Positions 1 through 28,120 of a DNA stretch of 64,000 bases are shown here, piece by piece. The DNA is from Macrostomum lignano (Eukaryota). The stretch lies in the NCBI GenBank assembly GCA_002269645.1, contig NIVC01001245.1:1-64000 (forward strand). Direction: 5' to 3'. Positions within the stretch are counted from its first letter, which is position 1, and every line of letters starts with the position of its first letter. The position numbers and the translations under genes were made by a program. Under the pieces are notes generated by a model. The model was not told the DNA's origin. It saw only the letters and a program-made list of their open reading frames with translations, and searched no databases.

Positions 1-915
1 CCATTAGGATCACAAAGAAGCGCCATTAGGATCAAAAAAGAGCCATTAGGATCACAAAGAAGCGCCATTAGGATAATAAAGAAGAGCCATTAGAGCATTA
101 TCACAAAGAAGCGCCATTAGGATAATAAAAGAGCTATTAGGATCACAAAGAAGCGCCATTAGGATAATAAAGAAGCGCCATTAGGATAAAGAAGCGCCAT
201 TAGGATAATAAAGAAGAGCTATTAGGATCACAAAGAAGAGCCATTATATAAAGAAGCGCCATTAGGATCACAAAGAAGAGCCATTAGGATAATAAAGAAG
301 AGCCATTAGGATCACAAAGAAGCGCCATTAGGATAATAAAGAAGAGCCATTAGGATCACAAAGAAGAGCCATTAGTACAACAAAGAAGCGCCATTAGGAT
401 CACAAAGAAGCGCCATTAGGATCACAAAGAAGCGCCATTAGTACACAAAGAAGCGACATAGGATCAAAAGAGCCATAGGATCACAAAGAAGCGCCACTAG
501 GATCACAAAAGCGCCATAGGATCACAGAAAAGCGCCACTAGGATCACAGAAAAGCGCCATTAGGATCACAGAAAAGCGCCATTAGGATCACAAAAAGCGC
601 CACTAGGATCACAGAAAAGCGCCATTAGGATCACAGAAAAGCGCCATTAGGATCACAAAGGGGCGCCATAAGGATCACAAAGAAGCCCCATTAGGAAAAT
701 AAAGAAGCGCCATTAGGATCACAAAGAAGCGACATTAGGATCACAAAGAAGCGACATTAGGATCACAGAAAAGCGACACTAGGATCACAAAGAAGCCCCA
801 TTAGGATCACAAAGAAGCGCCATTAGGATCACAAAGAAGCGCCATTAGGATCACAAAGAAGCGCCACTAGGATCACAAAAAAGCGCCATTAGGATCACAA
901 AAAAGCGCCATAAGG
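1..915. repeat. Minisatellite, ~22-bp unit GATCACAAAGAAGCGCCATTAG (POLR1A intron 9)
   Basis: Direct tandem repetition with small indels. Confidence 0.95.
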
Positions 916-934
916 AACAGTCAGGACAGCTCAC

Positions 935-11146
<10,212 letters not shown>

Positions 11147-11184
11147 ACTACTGAATTTGTGCGCTAATATAACATCTAATAGGC

Positions 11185-11337
11185 AGATGTGCAACCGACA
11201 GCTCATCTAAAGGCTGCGTACGGCTGTTCAGTCCAAGGACTGGGGGGGGGGGGGGGGGGGTCCGAGTGGGATCGGGAATCGAACCCCCGACCTTCAAGTC
11301 GGTGAGTCCGACGCTCTAACCACTATAGGCTACAACC
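11185..11337 (-). mobile_element. tRNA-derived SINE, internally deleted copy (head plus tail, central domain missing)
   Basis: Minus strand begins GGTTGTAGCCTATAGTGGTTAGAGCG (A box) ... GGTTCGATTCC (B box); tail GAGCTGTCGGTTGCACATCT shared with copies at 42190 and 46213. Confidence 0.8.
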
Positions 11338-12254
11338 TATACTCTATTGAAAGTAGAAAGTTTTTCATTTGATGCTCGTGAAAGGAATAAATGAGCGATT
11401 CGCACCTATCAGAGCCCACTTTTCAAGACACAGAGTGTACATGCCTGACCGATAAGAAAGTCAAAAGGCCACTGTACACCCTGAAAGTATTGGCGAGCTT
11501 GTATGTATTTAGGAGTCAGCGAAGTAGGCAGTAGTTGGAGTGTACCCACACGATGAGTCAGGGTTACGGGTATGTCTGCTTGCTTCCTTGCTGAATCCCG
11601 ATGACTAACACAAAAGCCCTGTAGATATTTACTGCAGCTATTTTGCTGGTAACAGACAAATGAAGAAAACCAAGGCCCACACTAGTTACTTAGTAGTAGT
11701 TACTAAAAAGCGACACCAGTATTGAAGGTATATTTTAATTGCCATCAATGTTTTATATTGAAATAATTCTCAATTACATAAGAATACTACTTACTATCGG
11801 TAGCATATCTAGTTAATTTCCTTAACAAACCCCTAATATTTCTTAAGCATTTGAATCAGTCTAACAGTCATCAATATGCTTATCAAACAGTAGCTTAATT
11901 AATTCAAACGAATGTCAAATAAATTTACTTTTAAAGTACTACTAGAAAAAATGCGCTTAAGCACGAGCCCAGCAAAGGCATTCATTGTACTCGTAATAGC
12001 ATCCTATGCTGTAAAGCCGTGTCATTCTTAGTTGACAGATTAGTTATTATTATTTAAGCATACAAAAGTACATTAACAACACAAGTGAAGAGTCGGTGGT
12101 TGAGTGCGCATACGATTCTAATGGAACTTCCGAAGTAGATAGACATCTGTCAACTTCTCATTGGAATTCGATCTTACTATAACCCCACTTCTCAGTCCCG
12201 GCTGGTACTTCCTCTCATTTTAATCCCTGTTGTCCCCTTCCCGTTGGGATATCA

Positions 12255-12895
12255 TTGTATTCTAATCCCAATTGTCAGCTTCCGGTTGGGATTTCATTTT
12301 TATTTTAATCCCTATCGTCAGCTTCCGGTTGTGATTTTATTTGTATAGTAACCCCAATTGTCAGCTTCCGGTTGTGATTTTATTTGTATTCTAATTCCAA
12401 TTGTCAGCTTCCAGTTGGGATTTTATTTGTATTCTAATCCCAATTGTCAGCTTCCGGTTGTGATTTTATTTGTATTCTAATCCCAATTGTCAGTTTCCGG
12501 TTGGGATTTTATTTGTATTCTAACCCCAATTGTCAGCTTCCGGTTGGGATTTTATTTGTATTCTAATCCCAATTGTCAGCTTCCGGTTGTGATTTTATTT
12601 GTATAGTAACCCCAATTGTCAGCTTCCGGTTGTGATTTTATTTGTATTCTAATCCCAATTGCCAGCTTCCGTTTGTGATTTTATTTGTATTCTAATCCCA
12701 ATTGTCAGCTTCCGGTTGTGATTTTTTTGTATAGTAACCCCAATTGTCAGCTTCCGGTTGGGATTTTATTTGTATTCTAACCCTAATCGTCAGCTTCCGG
12801 TTGTGGTTTTATTTGTATTCTAATCCCAATTTTTAGCTTCCGGTTGGGATTTCATTGTATTCTAATCCCAATTATCAGTTTATGGTTGGCATTAT
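12255..12895. repeat. Minisatellite, 43-bp unit AATTGTCAGCTTCCGGTTGGGATTTTATTTGTATTCTAATCCC (~15 copies)
   Basis: Tandem copies between SAP18 stop and POLR1A start. Confidence 0.95.
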
Positions 12896-13058
12896 AATCC
12901 TAATTTTCAGGTTTTGAGTTTAGACTCTTCGCTTAACGTCCGGTCGAGGGGTTTCAATGTCAACCATAATTACGCACAGTGACCACTATAATACACAATA
13001 ATAATATTTATATTGACGAGGCTGCCTACAATAAAAAACAATAACCCAGCAACCCAGA

Positions 13059-14473
13059 TCAACGCCTTCGGCCGCCGCCCCGATCGCGACTGTCGTCCCG
13101 TCGATGCCGACCTGCGTCCCGGTCCCGATCCCGGTCCCGATCCCGATCCCCGCCAGTCCGCTCGTCAGGACAGATAGAAATGTCCAAATAATCGCCGATA
13201 CGAAATCGCCGATCCTTCAGAGTGACATTGTCGTCCATGCCGCGGGTGCCGTTGCGCACGGTGCCGATGTCGCGCGATTTGTAGCGGGTCGTTTGAAGGT
13301 CGGGATAGACTACGGCAAAGTCAAAATAGGTGCCCTTGGCTCGGGAGTCCGGGTTCACCTATGAAGAGGAATTTGGGTGGACAGAACGTTTTGCTTTACA
13401 GATACAGTTGCCAATATAAATCGCCCTATGCTGAAAAATTGCCAATATAAATCACTCTTTATGCTCACATAATACCCAATACAAATCGCCCCATGCTCAG
13501 ATAATTGCCCCAATGCTCAGATAGCCCCCCCATGCTCAGATAATCGCCCCCATGCTCAGATAATCGCCCCCCATGCTCAGATAATCGCCCTCCATGCTTA
13601 GATAATCGCCCTCCATGCTCAGATAATCGCCCCCATGCTCAGATAATCGTCCCCCATGCTCAGATAATCGTCCCCCATGCTCAGATAATCGCCCCCATGC
13701 TCAGATAATCGCCCTCCATGCTCAGATAATCGCCCCCCATGCTCAGATAATCGCCCTCCATGCTCAGATAATCGCCCTCCATGCTCAGATAATCGCCCTC
13801 CATGCTTAGATAATCGCCCTCCATGCTCAGATAATCGCCCCCATGCTCATATAATCACCCCCATGCTCAGATAATCTCTCTTCATGCTCAGATAATCGCC
13901 CTCCATTCTCAGATAACCGCCAATAAAAATCGGCCCCTATGCTCAGATAATCGCCCTTGTGGTCAGATAATTGCCAATATAAATCGCTCCTTGAGGTCAG
14001 ATAATAAACAATATGAATCGCCTTATTCTCAAAAAATCTCCAATATAAATCGCCCTTTGGTAAAAAAATCGCCAATATCCACAATAAACTCGTTTCATTT
14101 TAATGTAAACAAAAATGAACAACTAAAAAACAAAACATACCTCCTGCACAAGCTGCGACAGCTCCTTCAGCGTAGCATCCATCCAAGTATAAATCTGCAG
14201 TTCATTAGACGGAGTTCGACCCTGGGTGAACTCAGTCAGTGAATGATGCCGCTTAATGGAGCAGAACACTCGCAGCAGCAGCGGACAAGTCTTCTCACGA
14301 TCGATGGCCTGCGTGTTGCTCTCCACCAGAGGCTTCTGGTCGACGCCGCGAGGTTGCCGATCTCGAGGCCGGTCCCGATCTCGATTGCGAGGGAGAGGCG
14401 GCGGGCTGCGGGACCTACGGCCCCTGCGAGACAGAGACACTACTGGCGAACGCGAACGATCCCTGCGTCTCAT
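13059..14473 (-). CDS. SAP18: Sin3-associated protein 18 (ASAP/PSAP complex subunit), 2 exons, ~210 aa
   Basis: Exons 14141-14473 and 13059-13358 (phase 0). IDREKTCPLLLRVF, ELQIYTWMDATLKEL, KGTYFDFAVVYPD, RFRIGDYLDISI match the SAP18 ubiquitin-like fold. Confidence 0.96.
13470..13965. repeat. Minisatellite, ~21-bp unit GCTCAGATAATCGCCCCCCAT (SAP18 intron)
   Basis: Tandem copies. Confidence 0.95.
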
Positions 14474-14559
14474 GTTAGACTAGGTAAGCAAAGCTTAGCA
14501 GAAATGTTTAATGATGCAAACTATACTTTTTTATAAATAAAAACAGATAGTATCATAAT

Positions 14560-15350
14560 GGGCGATTCTAGTGGTCGATTATCTGAGTAGGGGGGGGGGT
14601 GATGCTAGTGGTAGATTATCTGAGTAGGGGGGTGATGCTAGTGGTAGATTATCTGAGTAGGGGGGGGTGATGCTAGTGGTAGATTATCTGAGTAGAGGGG
14701 GTGGGTGATGCTAGTGGTAGATTATCTGAGTAGGGGGGGGTGATGCTAGTGGTAGATTATCTGAGTAAGGGGGGGGTGATGCTAGTGGTAGATTATCTGA
14801 GTAGGGGGGGGTGATGCTAGTGGTAGATTATCTGAGTAGAGGGGGTGGGTGATGCTAGTGGTAGATTATCTGAGTAGGGGGGGGTGATGCTAGTGGTAGA
14901 TTATCTGAGTAGGGGGGGTGATGCTAGTGGTAGATTATCTGAGTAGAGGGGGGTGGGTGATGCTAGTGGTAGATTATCTGAGTAGGGGGGGGTGATGCTA
15001 GTGGTAGATTATCTGAGTAGGGGGGGGTGATGCTAGTGGTTGATTATCTGAGTAGGGGGGGGGTGATGCTAGTGGTAGATTATCTGAGTAGGGGGTGATT
15101 CTAGTGGTAGATAATCTGAGTAGGGGGGGGGTGATTCTAGTGGTAGATAATCTGAGTAGGGGGGTGATGCTAGTGGTAGATTATCTGAGTAGGGGGGGGT
15201 GATGCTAGTGGTAGATTATCTGAGTAGGGGGGGTGATGCTAGTGGTAGATTATCTGAGTAGGGGGGGGTTATGCTAGTGGTAGATTATCTGAGTAGGGGG
15301 GTGATTCTAGTGGCAGATTATCTGAGTAGGGGCGATTATAGTGGTAGAGT
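14560..15350. repeat. G-rich minisatellite, ~33-36-bp unit GTGATGCTAGTGGTAGATTATCTGAGTA(G)n
   Basis: About 23 copies directly upstream of the SAP18 ATG, each with a G5-G9 run. Confidence 0.95.
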
Positions 15351-15680
15351 ATTTGAGTGGGGGGGAGTTTAGTAGTATGTATCAATTTTATTGGTACAAC
15401 TTTTATCAAATTGTTTGATACTCAAAATGAAGCAAAGAAACTCAATTCAAAGATAACATTGGTGTATATGTGATACACACTATACCGGTACATGTAAAAC
15501 AATCCAGTATATTTTATAAAATCTGCGTCTTCTAAAGCATCAGAATCAGTGTGCCACTTGGCATCCTTGGGGTCCAAATAAAGGATGTCAAAATTTAAGT
15601 TGATGTGTCATAACGCAAGCTTTCACAATAATAATTCAATAACTATTATAACTAAAATTTTATGAATATATGTAGAATAA

Positions 15681-16077
15681 ATTCACGGATACCAGAATAA
15701 CTAGATGGGCCACTCAGCACATTTGCATCTAAGCTACTTTCACTTCAGTAGTAAGTTTAACTGAAGCATTGTAATGTATTTTTAAAGCTAAGGCTCATAT
15801 AACCGCCCCGCCAAAAATTTTATTGCCTTTCTTGAAATTCCAGCCTAAATCTGCCATGTACATCTCCGTGGACTGGCTAATGTACATTATTGCTGGACCA
15901 ATTAGCAAGCTGTTTACGCCTGCAAGCTTGGGCTTCTAAACTTATCAAAGTCATTTCAGCTGCCTTTTTTATAAAATAGCTTATGCATTCTTCTTTGCTA
16001 CTGAACTGGAAGTAGAAAGCTGTTTACTAAGTATATATGCATGAGTGGCCCATCTAGTTATTTTAGCATCTGTGAAT
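15681..16077. mobile_element. MITE-like element with long imperfect inverted ends
   Basis: ATTCACGGATACCAGAATAACTAGATGGGCCACTCA vs TGAGTGGCCCATCTAGTTATTTTAGCATCTGTGAAT; no clear TSD. Confidence 0.6.
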
Positions 16078-16279
16078 AAATGTTCATGCTTAAACAGACA
16101 ACTAATGTTTGCACCCTGTTATAGCGCGGTTAATTCTCATTTCGACTAATCAAAGCAATACCCATCTTAAACGAAATCACAAGCGCAAGTTTCATATTTC
16201 TAGTGAAGTCTATGTAAGTATGCTTGTAAGTATTCACATGATGTCATGTGTCATGATGTAATGTCATGTTTAACTCAAA

Positions 16280-18108
16280 TCAAATCTGCACATTCAACTG
16301 CGGCATAGGGTAGCCATTATGATCAACAGCGGCAAACAGGCGATAAGCTGCCGGCGGTTTCAAATCAGTGACAATCCGTTTCTTCTGTAGCCGATCAATT
16401 GCAGCCAGACTCACTCTTGAGCACTCGCGAATTTTTAGTTGTTTCAATGAGCGACAGAACTCGGTCAATTGTTCAAGCAAACTATCGGTGATGCGCCAGC
16501 AACCCGTCATGTCCAGCTCCATTAGACACTTGTTGCTGCGCAGATTCAACAGCGACTCGTCTGTTAAACCGTAGCACTTAGCAACGCTAAGCTGTTCGAG
16601 GCGTTGACAACCGGTTAGCAACGCGGACAATCCCGGATCGTCAATCTGCCAACAGCAGGTCAAATCTAAGGTAGATAAGTCTGGCCAAGCTGAGCCAATA
16701 ATTTCTAAACCTGAACTTGACAGCCAGTGACAATCGCGCAGTGATAGATGGGTCAACTGAGGACAAGCTGAGGCCAGCGCCTGCACGGAAGAGTCTGTTA
16801 ACCAATGAGCCTGATCTAAGTAGACAGCTTGCAGGTGTACATTGGAGTGAATGACTGGAACTAGCAGTTGGTCAACAAGCCAACTATGCTGAGAGTGAAA
16901 CCTGAGCAAGCGCAGACTGCAGCATCTGTTAGCCAATACGCGAAATGCGCAACTATCCAATCGGTAGCCGGAGTTATCAAAGGCTACACGAGCGTCTAGC
17001 GAACGCATTGAGCAGGCGCAATAATCGTCTACTAATTGCCTGCAAAGATTTGCAAGGTGGAAAAAAAGAATATTAGCCAGCCGAAAAGAATAACAATGAC
17101 AGTTTTTTTATTCCTTAGGAAGCATTATGCTGATTTCTGAGCCCAATCTCACACAGGATAGGCACTGCTCACATTGTGTCTTGTTAGTCCTTACTTAGCA
17201 GTGCTGAAACGCTACAGAAAAATCATTATTACTGTAACGGATATTACATAAGCGAGATTCAGTTAACAGACATCGCCTATGACATCTCAGCAACTCCCCA
17301 TTGAGCCTTAGAATCTCAGCAACCTCGATTTGAGCCATGCCATTCAAGCAACTCTCCATTGAGCACTGAGCCATGGCATCTCAGTAACCCCCCTTTGGGT
17401 CTTTGCATCTCAGAACCCCCCCCCCTTGAGCTTAAGCATCTCAGCAACCCTCCATTGAGCCTTCGCATCTCAGCAACTCCCCTTTTAAGCCTTGGTATCT
17501 CAGCAACTCCTTATTTGAGCCTAGGCATCTTGGCAACTCCCCATTGATCCTTGGCATCTCAGCAACTCCACATTGAGCCATGGCATCTCAGCAAATCCCC
17601 ATTAAGTCATGACATCTCAGCAACTCCCCTTTTAAGACTTGGCATCTCAGCAACTATTTTTTAGCCTTGGCATCTCAGCAACTCCCCTCTTTGAGCATTG
17701 GCATCTCAGCAACTCCTCTTTTAAGACTTGGCATCTTCTCAGCAACTATTTTTTTAGCCTTGGCATCTCAGAAACTTCCCTTTCAAACATTGGCATCTCA
17801 GAAACTCCCCTTTGAGCCTATGCAAAGTTTCTCATTGACTTCAGTGAATAAACATCAATTAAACATCACATCAATTATCTACCTACATAAGTTATAACAT
17901 AGATTGGAAGGCTACCTTTCTAATTATCTAGCAAGTCTTAGACTTCACTTAGAAATTATTTTACAAACTTATAGCATTAAAAATTCACATCTCTATCTTA
18001 CCTTGCCAAAAAAGAAACTTTTCTTAGGTTAAGCAGGTCCTGCAAATCAAGACAGGATAAAATGTGTTCAAAAAGTACATCATGCCATGGCAGCTGAAGC
18101 AGCTGCAT
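16280..18108 (-). CDS. FBXL15: F-box/LRR-repeat protein 15, 2 coding exons, ~288 aa
   Basis: Exons 18002-18108 and 16280-17039 (phase 2). F-box start LLQLPWHDVLFEHIL, cysteine-containing LRRs (LDLTCCWQI, LDMTGCWRI), C-terminus ..PQLNVQI as in the FBXL15 family. Confidence 0.88.
17275..17822. repeat. Degenerate ~30-bp minisatellite GGCATCTCAGCAACTCCCCTTTTGAGCCTT (FBXL15 intron)
   Basis: Tandem copies; related units at ~41130-41280. Confidence 0.9.
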
Positions 18109-20858
18109 AATGGCTTGAATAGTGGTAGATAGATGAAAGTATCCAGTTGTAAGCCAAACTGCTTCCACTTGATGCCTTAGTAACTGCTGGATATTTCAAC
18201 AACTGGAAAAAAAGTTCCTTATATAGAAATATTTTGATAGATTGATAAAAATTCAAGCTGACAATATATAAAAGTTAAGATGAATTATAGACCTAGTTAT
18301 TCTTTTTGTAGAATAAATAAATGAGACCAAATAGTAAATTATAAGTTAAGCTATTTTTAACCTTCTTTACTTTAACATTATATTATAGTGAACAATGAAA
18401 GATTAGTTGCTAATTAGATTTAACATCTATAAAACTTATAAATTATAGGAAACTACTTTGTAAGAAGCCATAGATATGTAAATTAGATATAGCTATAAAT
18501 ATGAATATTGAAAATTTTGGTTATGGCAAGAATTTTATAATAGATATAGGTTCCTAACACAAGTACTTTAACCTCCTCAGTTTGAATTTTTCTTGTGTGC
18601 TCAATATAAGTTAGATGAGATCAAATTTGAACCCTGAAATTCTAATTATAAGTTATTATCTTATATTACATATATAAGACATACACACCCCCTGATTTAT
18701 ACTAGCAATGTGACTTACTTTTTTTACAAAAATATGTCTTACCTATAAAAGAAACATAAAGCAAAAAGAAATAAGCAAAAGTTAATGTAATTTTAGGTAA
18801 AGGGCAGGAGCCTATCCTTATTGGAATAACTGCACATATAATATGACTGTCTACATACAAAGTTGTTAAATTTTGGTGCCTTGCAACACTACTGTAACAT
18901 TTTTATATTCATATATTAAATTTTCAATCCCTAAGAATAATGTTTATAAACCTGTGCCACACATTTGCAGGATCTAAAATTATATTCCAATAGGGAAGCC
19001 TATGGCCTGTACCTAAGTTATTATTATTATTATTAATTGATGAATATAATGTGAACTTATAATTAAGCACGAGACTATACTGTATAAGGAGGCCTATGAT
19101 ACTAATGGTTGTCTGATTCAATAGGACAGATAGGACTGTAATTTGCATACCATATGTACTTTTAACACTAATCTTTGTCACTTACACTTGTTCCTACCTT
19201 TCTTTTCAAATTCAATAATATTTTTTAGAATGTACAACCTGTTACCAAGCTTATTTTTCTTGCTTTGCTTATTTAAATACTTGTTTAAAATATATTTATT
19301 CTGCTTGATAATGATTGTGGAAAATAGAAACTAGTTGCAAATGATCTATTTTTGTTTTTTTTCCTTTTTATATTCTAATTAAGCAGCATTGTATTCCTAA
19401 TATGATACTAAGTTAGACTAAACCATTTGGCTTGACATAATAAGTTAAGACTGACAATAGGCTTACTAGTTGATAATAAAGCAAGCCTAAGTCATGGGTA
19501 AACCAAAATAAAATATAATTTAATTGGCACTTAGCCTTAGGCATTCCAAGTCTTGAATAATAAGCTGAATTAATATTTTATATTGTCAACTATATTATAT
19601 ATGAGCTAAAACAAAAAAGGATTAAGCTAATAGCATATGGCTAGTATAAAATATGCAATTTTAACAATTGGCCAATTGCCATATTTTTCAAATAGAACAA
19701 TTTGGCAACATTGTATAATTTGGTAAAAAGAAAAGGATGGCATAGGGGCCTAAAATAATAGAAATAAAAAAAGAATAACAATACCAATACAATAACAAAA
19801 AGGACAAAAGGAATAATTTAGTGCAATAAAAGAGAGAAAAATTATATAATATATAGCCTTGTAGCTTATGATAGAATTGCTTTTTGGGTCTTTATTTATT
19901 GTTAATAATCCTTTATAAACATTATATGAGTTATATTAGATGATCTGAATATGAAATTGAAACATTTCTATTTAATATATATATATTAAATACCAAAATG
20001 TTTTTTTTTCAATATCACTTTTTAATCTATCTATATCATATATACTAATTAAAGTCTATGCCACTAATATATACCAAATATATATATATACCAAAACAGT
20101 GCATATAAGCAAACAAATTGCAGATATTTGTAAGGGGAAATAGGCAACTATCCTAATTGGAATAGGTTAAAAATATAGATAGTTGTTTATTGTATTTTAA
20201 ATGTTTTTTTTAAATTGACATATTACATAGATTTAAGAAAGGCAAACAATATTGCATCATAGTGAAAGACAGTATTGCATGTCTTAGATATTTAGTAAAA
20301 CAAAAATAGAGAAAATATTATTAATTTTCTCAAAAATGTCTGCCTTTATAATAGTTCAAAGTTATCTTTAAAATAAAGTAATAAAGTAGAGTAATAAAAT
20401 CACACGAGGTTCTAGGAGCAGACAAAAGAGCAAAACAAACTAATATTACTATCTTAAAGGCCTATTATTATTAGTATTGCATTATACTTTTCATACTTTT
20501 GTCTTGTGTATTGTATATTTGAACTACTTTTTTATATCAGTGTTGCAGCAATGCAATCTACATATTAATTGGTTTTTGAAGCTTATTCTAAAAAGAGATA
20601 GCTGCCTTTTCTATGAGGCATTGGGTTAGGTTAGGTAGACCTAAAGAATTAAAGGAGGGCCAATAATTTTTTACCAAAATTCAAAGCCATTGATTTGATT
20701 TTGCCCCTCTCCTTAAATGGTACTTTACTCTCCCTAGAATTTGTCTCTCCTTATGGCTCATTCCATATACTTACTTACTTACTACTGACGGGGGGCGCAG
20801 GCGCCGCGAATAGGCCGCGAGGCCCCTATCGCAACCCCAAGGTAAAAGAGCACAAGGA

Positions 20859-25692
<4,834 letters not shown>

Positions 25693-26442
25693 CTAAGAAT
25701 AAATGAATGATAAAATGTTAGATTAGTATGTTATCAAGTGGCAAAAAGTAATTTTTGTAAAAATTTGGACAGTTTTTTAAGCAAAAGACATCATTAAGTT
25801 TGTGAACCTTTAAAAACAAATAGAAAGCTTTGGAAGGTTGAAACAAACTATAGATAAAAGTATAGTACTTGCATCATCAGATAAAAGTATTGATGAACAA
25901 ATAATCAATTATATTTTTAATATATTGGTACCTCTAAGTTACTGAATTGACAGAACAAAATATGTTACGACCAGAATGTTACGACCATAAGGCTGCCTTT
26001 TCTTTTGTATCTTTGTTGCCTTTTTGAGTTTATATATTCTACAAAAAGAGTATGATTTCTGAAGATGTTCTTAGTCGAATTTTAAAAAATTTATTGCAAA
26101 ATATCAAAAATGAAAAATGTTATAAGACTTTTACCTTTTAGTTTCTATCTGTCAAAAATCCTGTCGTTACGACCAGAAGTGCCATTCAAGGTTTAATAGC
26201 ATCTATATTAATGATGATATCTACATGAAACTCTATAAAAATATTCTTGACAAAAAAATCTTTCATTTAAAATATTGGTTTAGTGTATTCTATTATTAGA
26301 TTTCATTTTATAAGTAAAAATAGCCTGTCATGTTACGACCATAATTATATGGAATTGCCCTTATGCTTTATCTTTTACAATTTTTGTAATGCCAAAAATT
26401 TAAATCCAAAATAAGTATGGGCTTATACCAATTAGTCATATC

Positions 26443-27240
26443 ATGGAAGTGCTTATCCCTTTAGTCCTATGCCAATAATTCTAATTTTATCCATACGGAT
26501 CCATGTTGATGATTTCCAGTTTATCCCCATGGCAGCTTATTGAAATAGCTACCACTAATCAAGTCTATATGCTATGTCAATAATTCCAAATTTATTCACA
26601 TGGATCTGTTTTGATAATTTCTAGCTTATCTTTATGGCAGCTAATTAGAATAGAGAACCTTAAAATGAATATGTTCAAAAACTGTCTATGCTTATTTGTT
26701 TTCATTGTTTTATAAATATTTCAAAGAAACTATTAAATACTTAATAATATTAAGTATTTTGTTAAAACTTTTTCATTGTTAAAAGGGTTAGGCCTAATTT
26801 TAAATATTTGCTTAGCTACCAAACTTGCTTAGAACGATTAGGCCCTAAATAGACTCTAAGTCACTAAGATTGAGGAAAATTAGACTTGCAAAATTCAAAA
26901 TTAAAAAAAAATAATAAATAATGATAATAGGCCTAATAGTAATAATAATGGCAATATTGATTTAGTTAATGTCAGTACACATAACTAAACACAAACAACT
27001 GCACAATCTTAGCCATAGGGATAGGGCCTTAAGCTAAAAATTATTGACATGGATCCGTCTGTGTGGATAAAATTGGACTTAGGCCTAGGCCCATTGACAC
27101 TGCTTATAGACTTGAATGGTGGTAGCTATTTCAATAAGCTATTGTGGGGATAAGCTAGAAATTTTTTACATGGATCCATGTGTATAAAATTAAAATTATC
27201 GGTACCACCGGCATGAGACTGTGGGGATAAGCACTTCCAT
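26443..27240. mobile_element. Foldback/MITE-like element with ~170-200-bp imperfect inverted arms
   Basis: Arms ~26443-26620 and ~27040-27240 (ATGGAAGTGCTTATCCC, GCTTATTGAAATAGCTACCAC and their reverse complements). Confidence 0.7.
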
Positions 27241-28120
27241 TAGTCATGGGGGCAAAAATGTTAAAAAAAGGAGAAATAGGGCCTAGGCCTAGAATAGGCC
27301 TATCAAAAAATATAGGAGAAAGGAGAAAAGTCTAGGCCAATGCATGGAATGCTTGCCAAGCCAAATGCACATCAGAAAGTGCTGGCATGAATAAAATCTT
27401 CTAGATTAGGCCTATGAATTATAGGCCTAGGCCTAGGTCCCTAGGAAGGTAGGCCTAAGCAGTAGCCACTAGGGCCTAGGACAATGCAAGACAGACATCT
27501 TTAAAACATGATCTCTATAAAACATCATTATCAATGGTGGTATGGAATCGAATCATGTGGTTGGTAAAAAAAATACTGTCTACAGTCAGATTACATTCAT
27601 TAAGTTGCTGGGCTATAGCCTAGGCCTATACTTATAACTTCTTCAACATTTAAGCCTTACCCTTTAGGCTTAACATAACGATTGTTACTAAACGTAATAT
27701 GATAGGACCTAGGCATATACCCTATATCATTCAAAATTTCTAAAAACTTAAAAACGAAAATTAATACAATCAGTCAAGTCACTACTAACAAATAACAAGC
27801 TATCATTGACGGACCCGTGATGACCGGATTTTCGGTTCTCGGTTCAGTTCCGAAATTTAAATTAATTCACTCCGGATTGCCTCTAAATAGTTAGTGTATA
27901 AACAAAGTAAAAACATTTCTGCTCCAATTTCACTTAAACATCAAATAAAAAAGCATTGCCATTGCAATAAATATTTAAATTATATTTTTTTATGATAGTT
28001 TTACATTTTATTGTACTTTTTTCGTCAGTCATTTTAGCGCGCATATGAAACTTATCCACACGAAATTCAAAAGCACATTGCTTTCGAAGTGCTTTGAATG
28101 AGAATACACTAAGGCAAAGG

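Noticed and set aside
11268-11337. Functional tRNA gene (also 42390-42456 and 46390-46455)
   Set aside because: A and B boxes present but stems are degenerate and each continues into a shared non-tRNA body; these are SINE heads.
18200-20750. Hidden gene in the AT-rich stretch upstream of FBXL15
   Set aside because: Only short Ile/Leu/Phe-rich ORFs typical of AT-rich noncoding DNA; weak dispersed similarity (~18797, ~20129) too poor to call.
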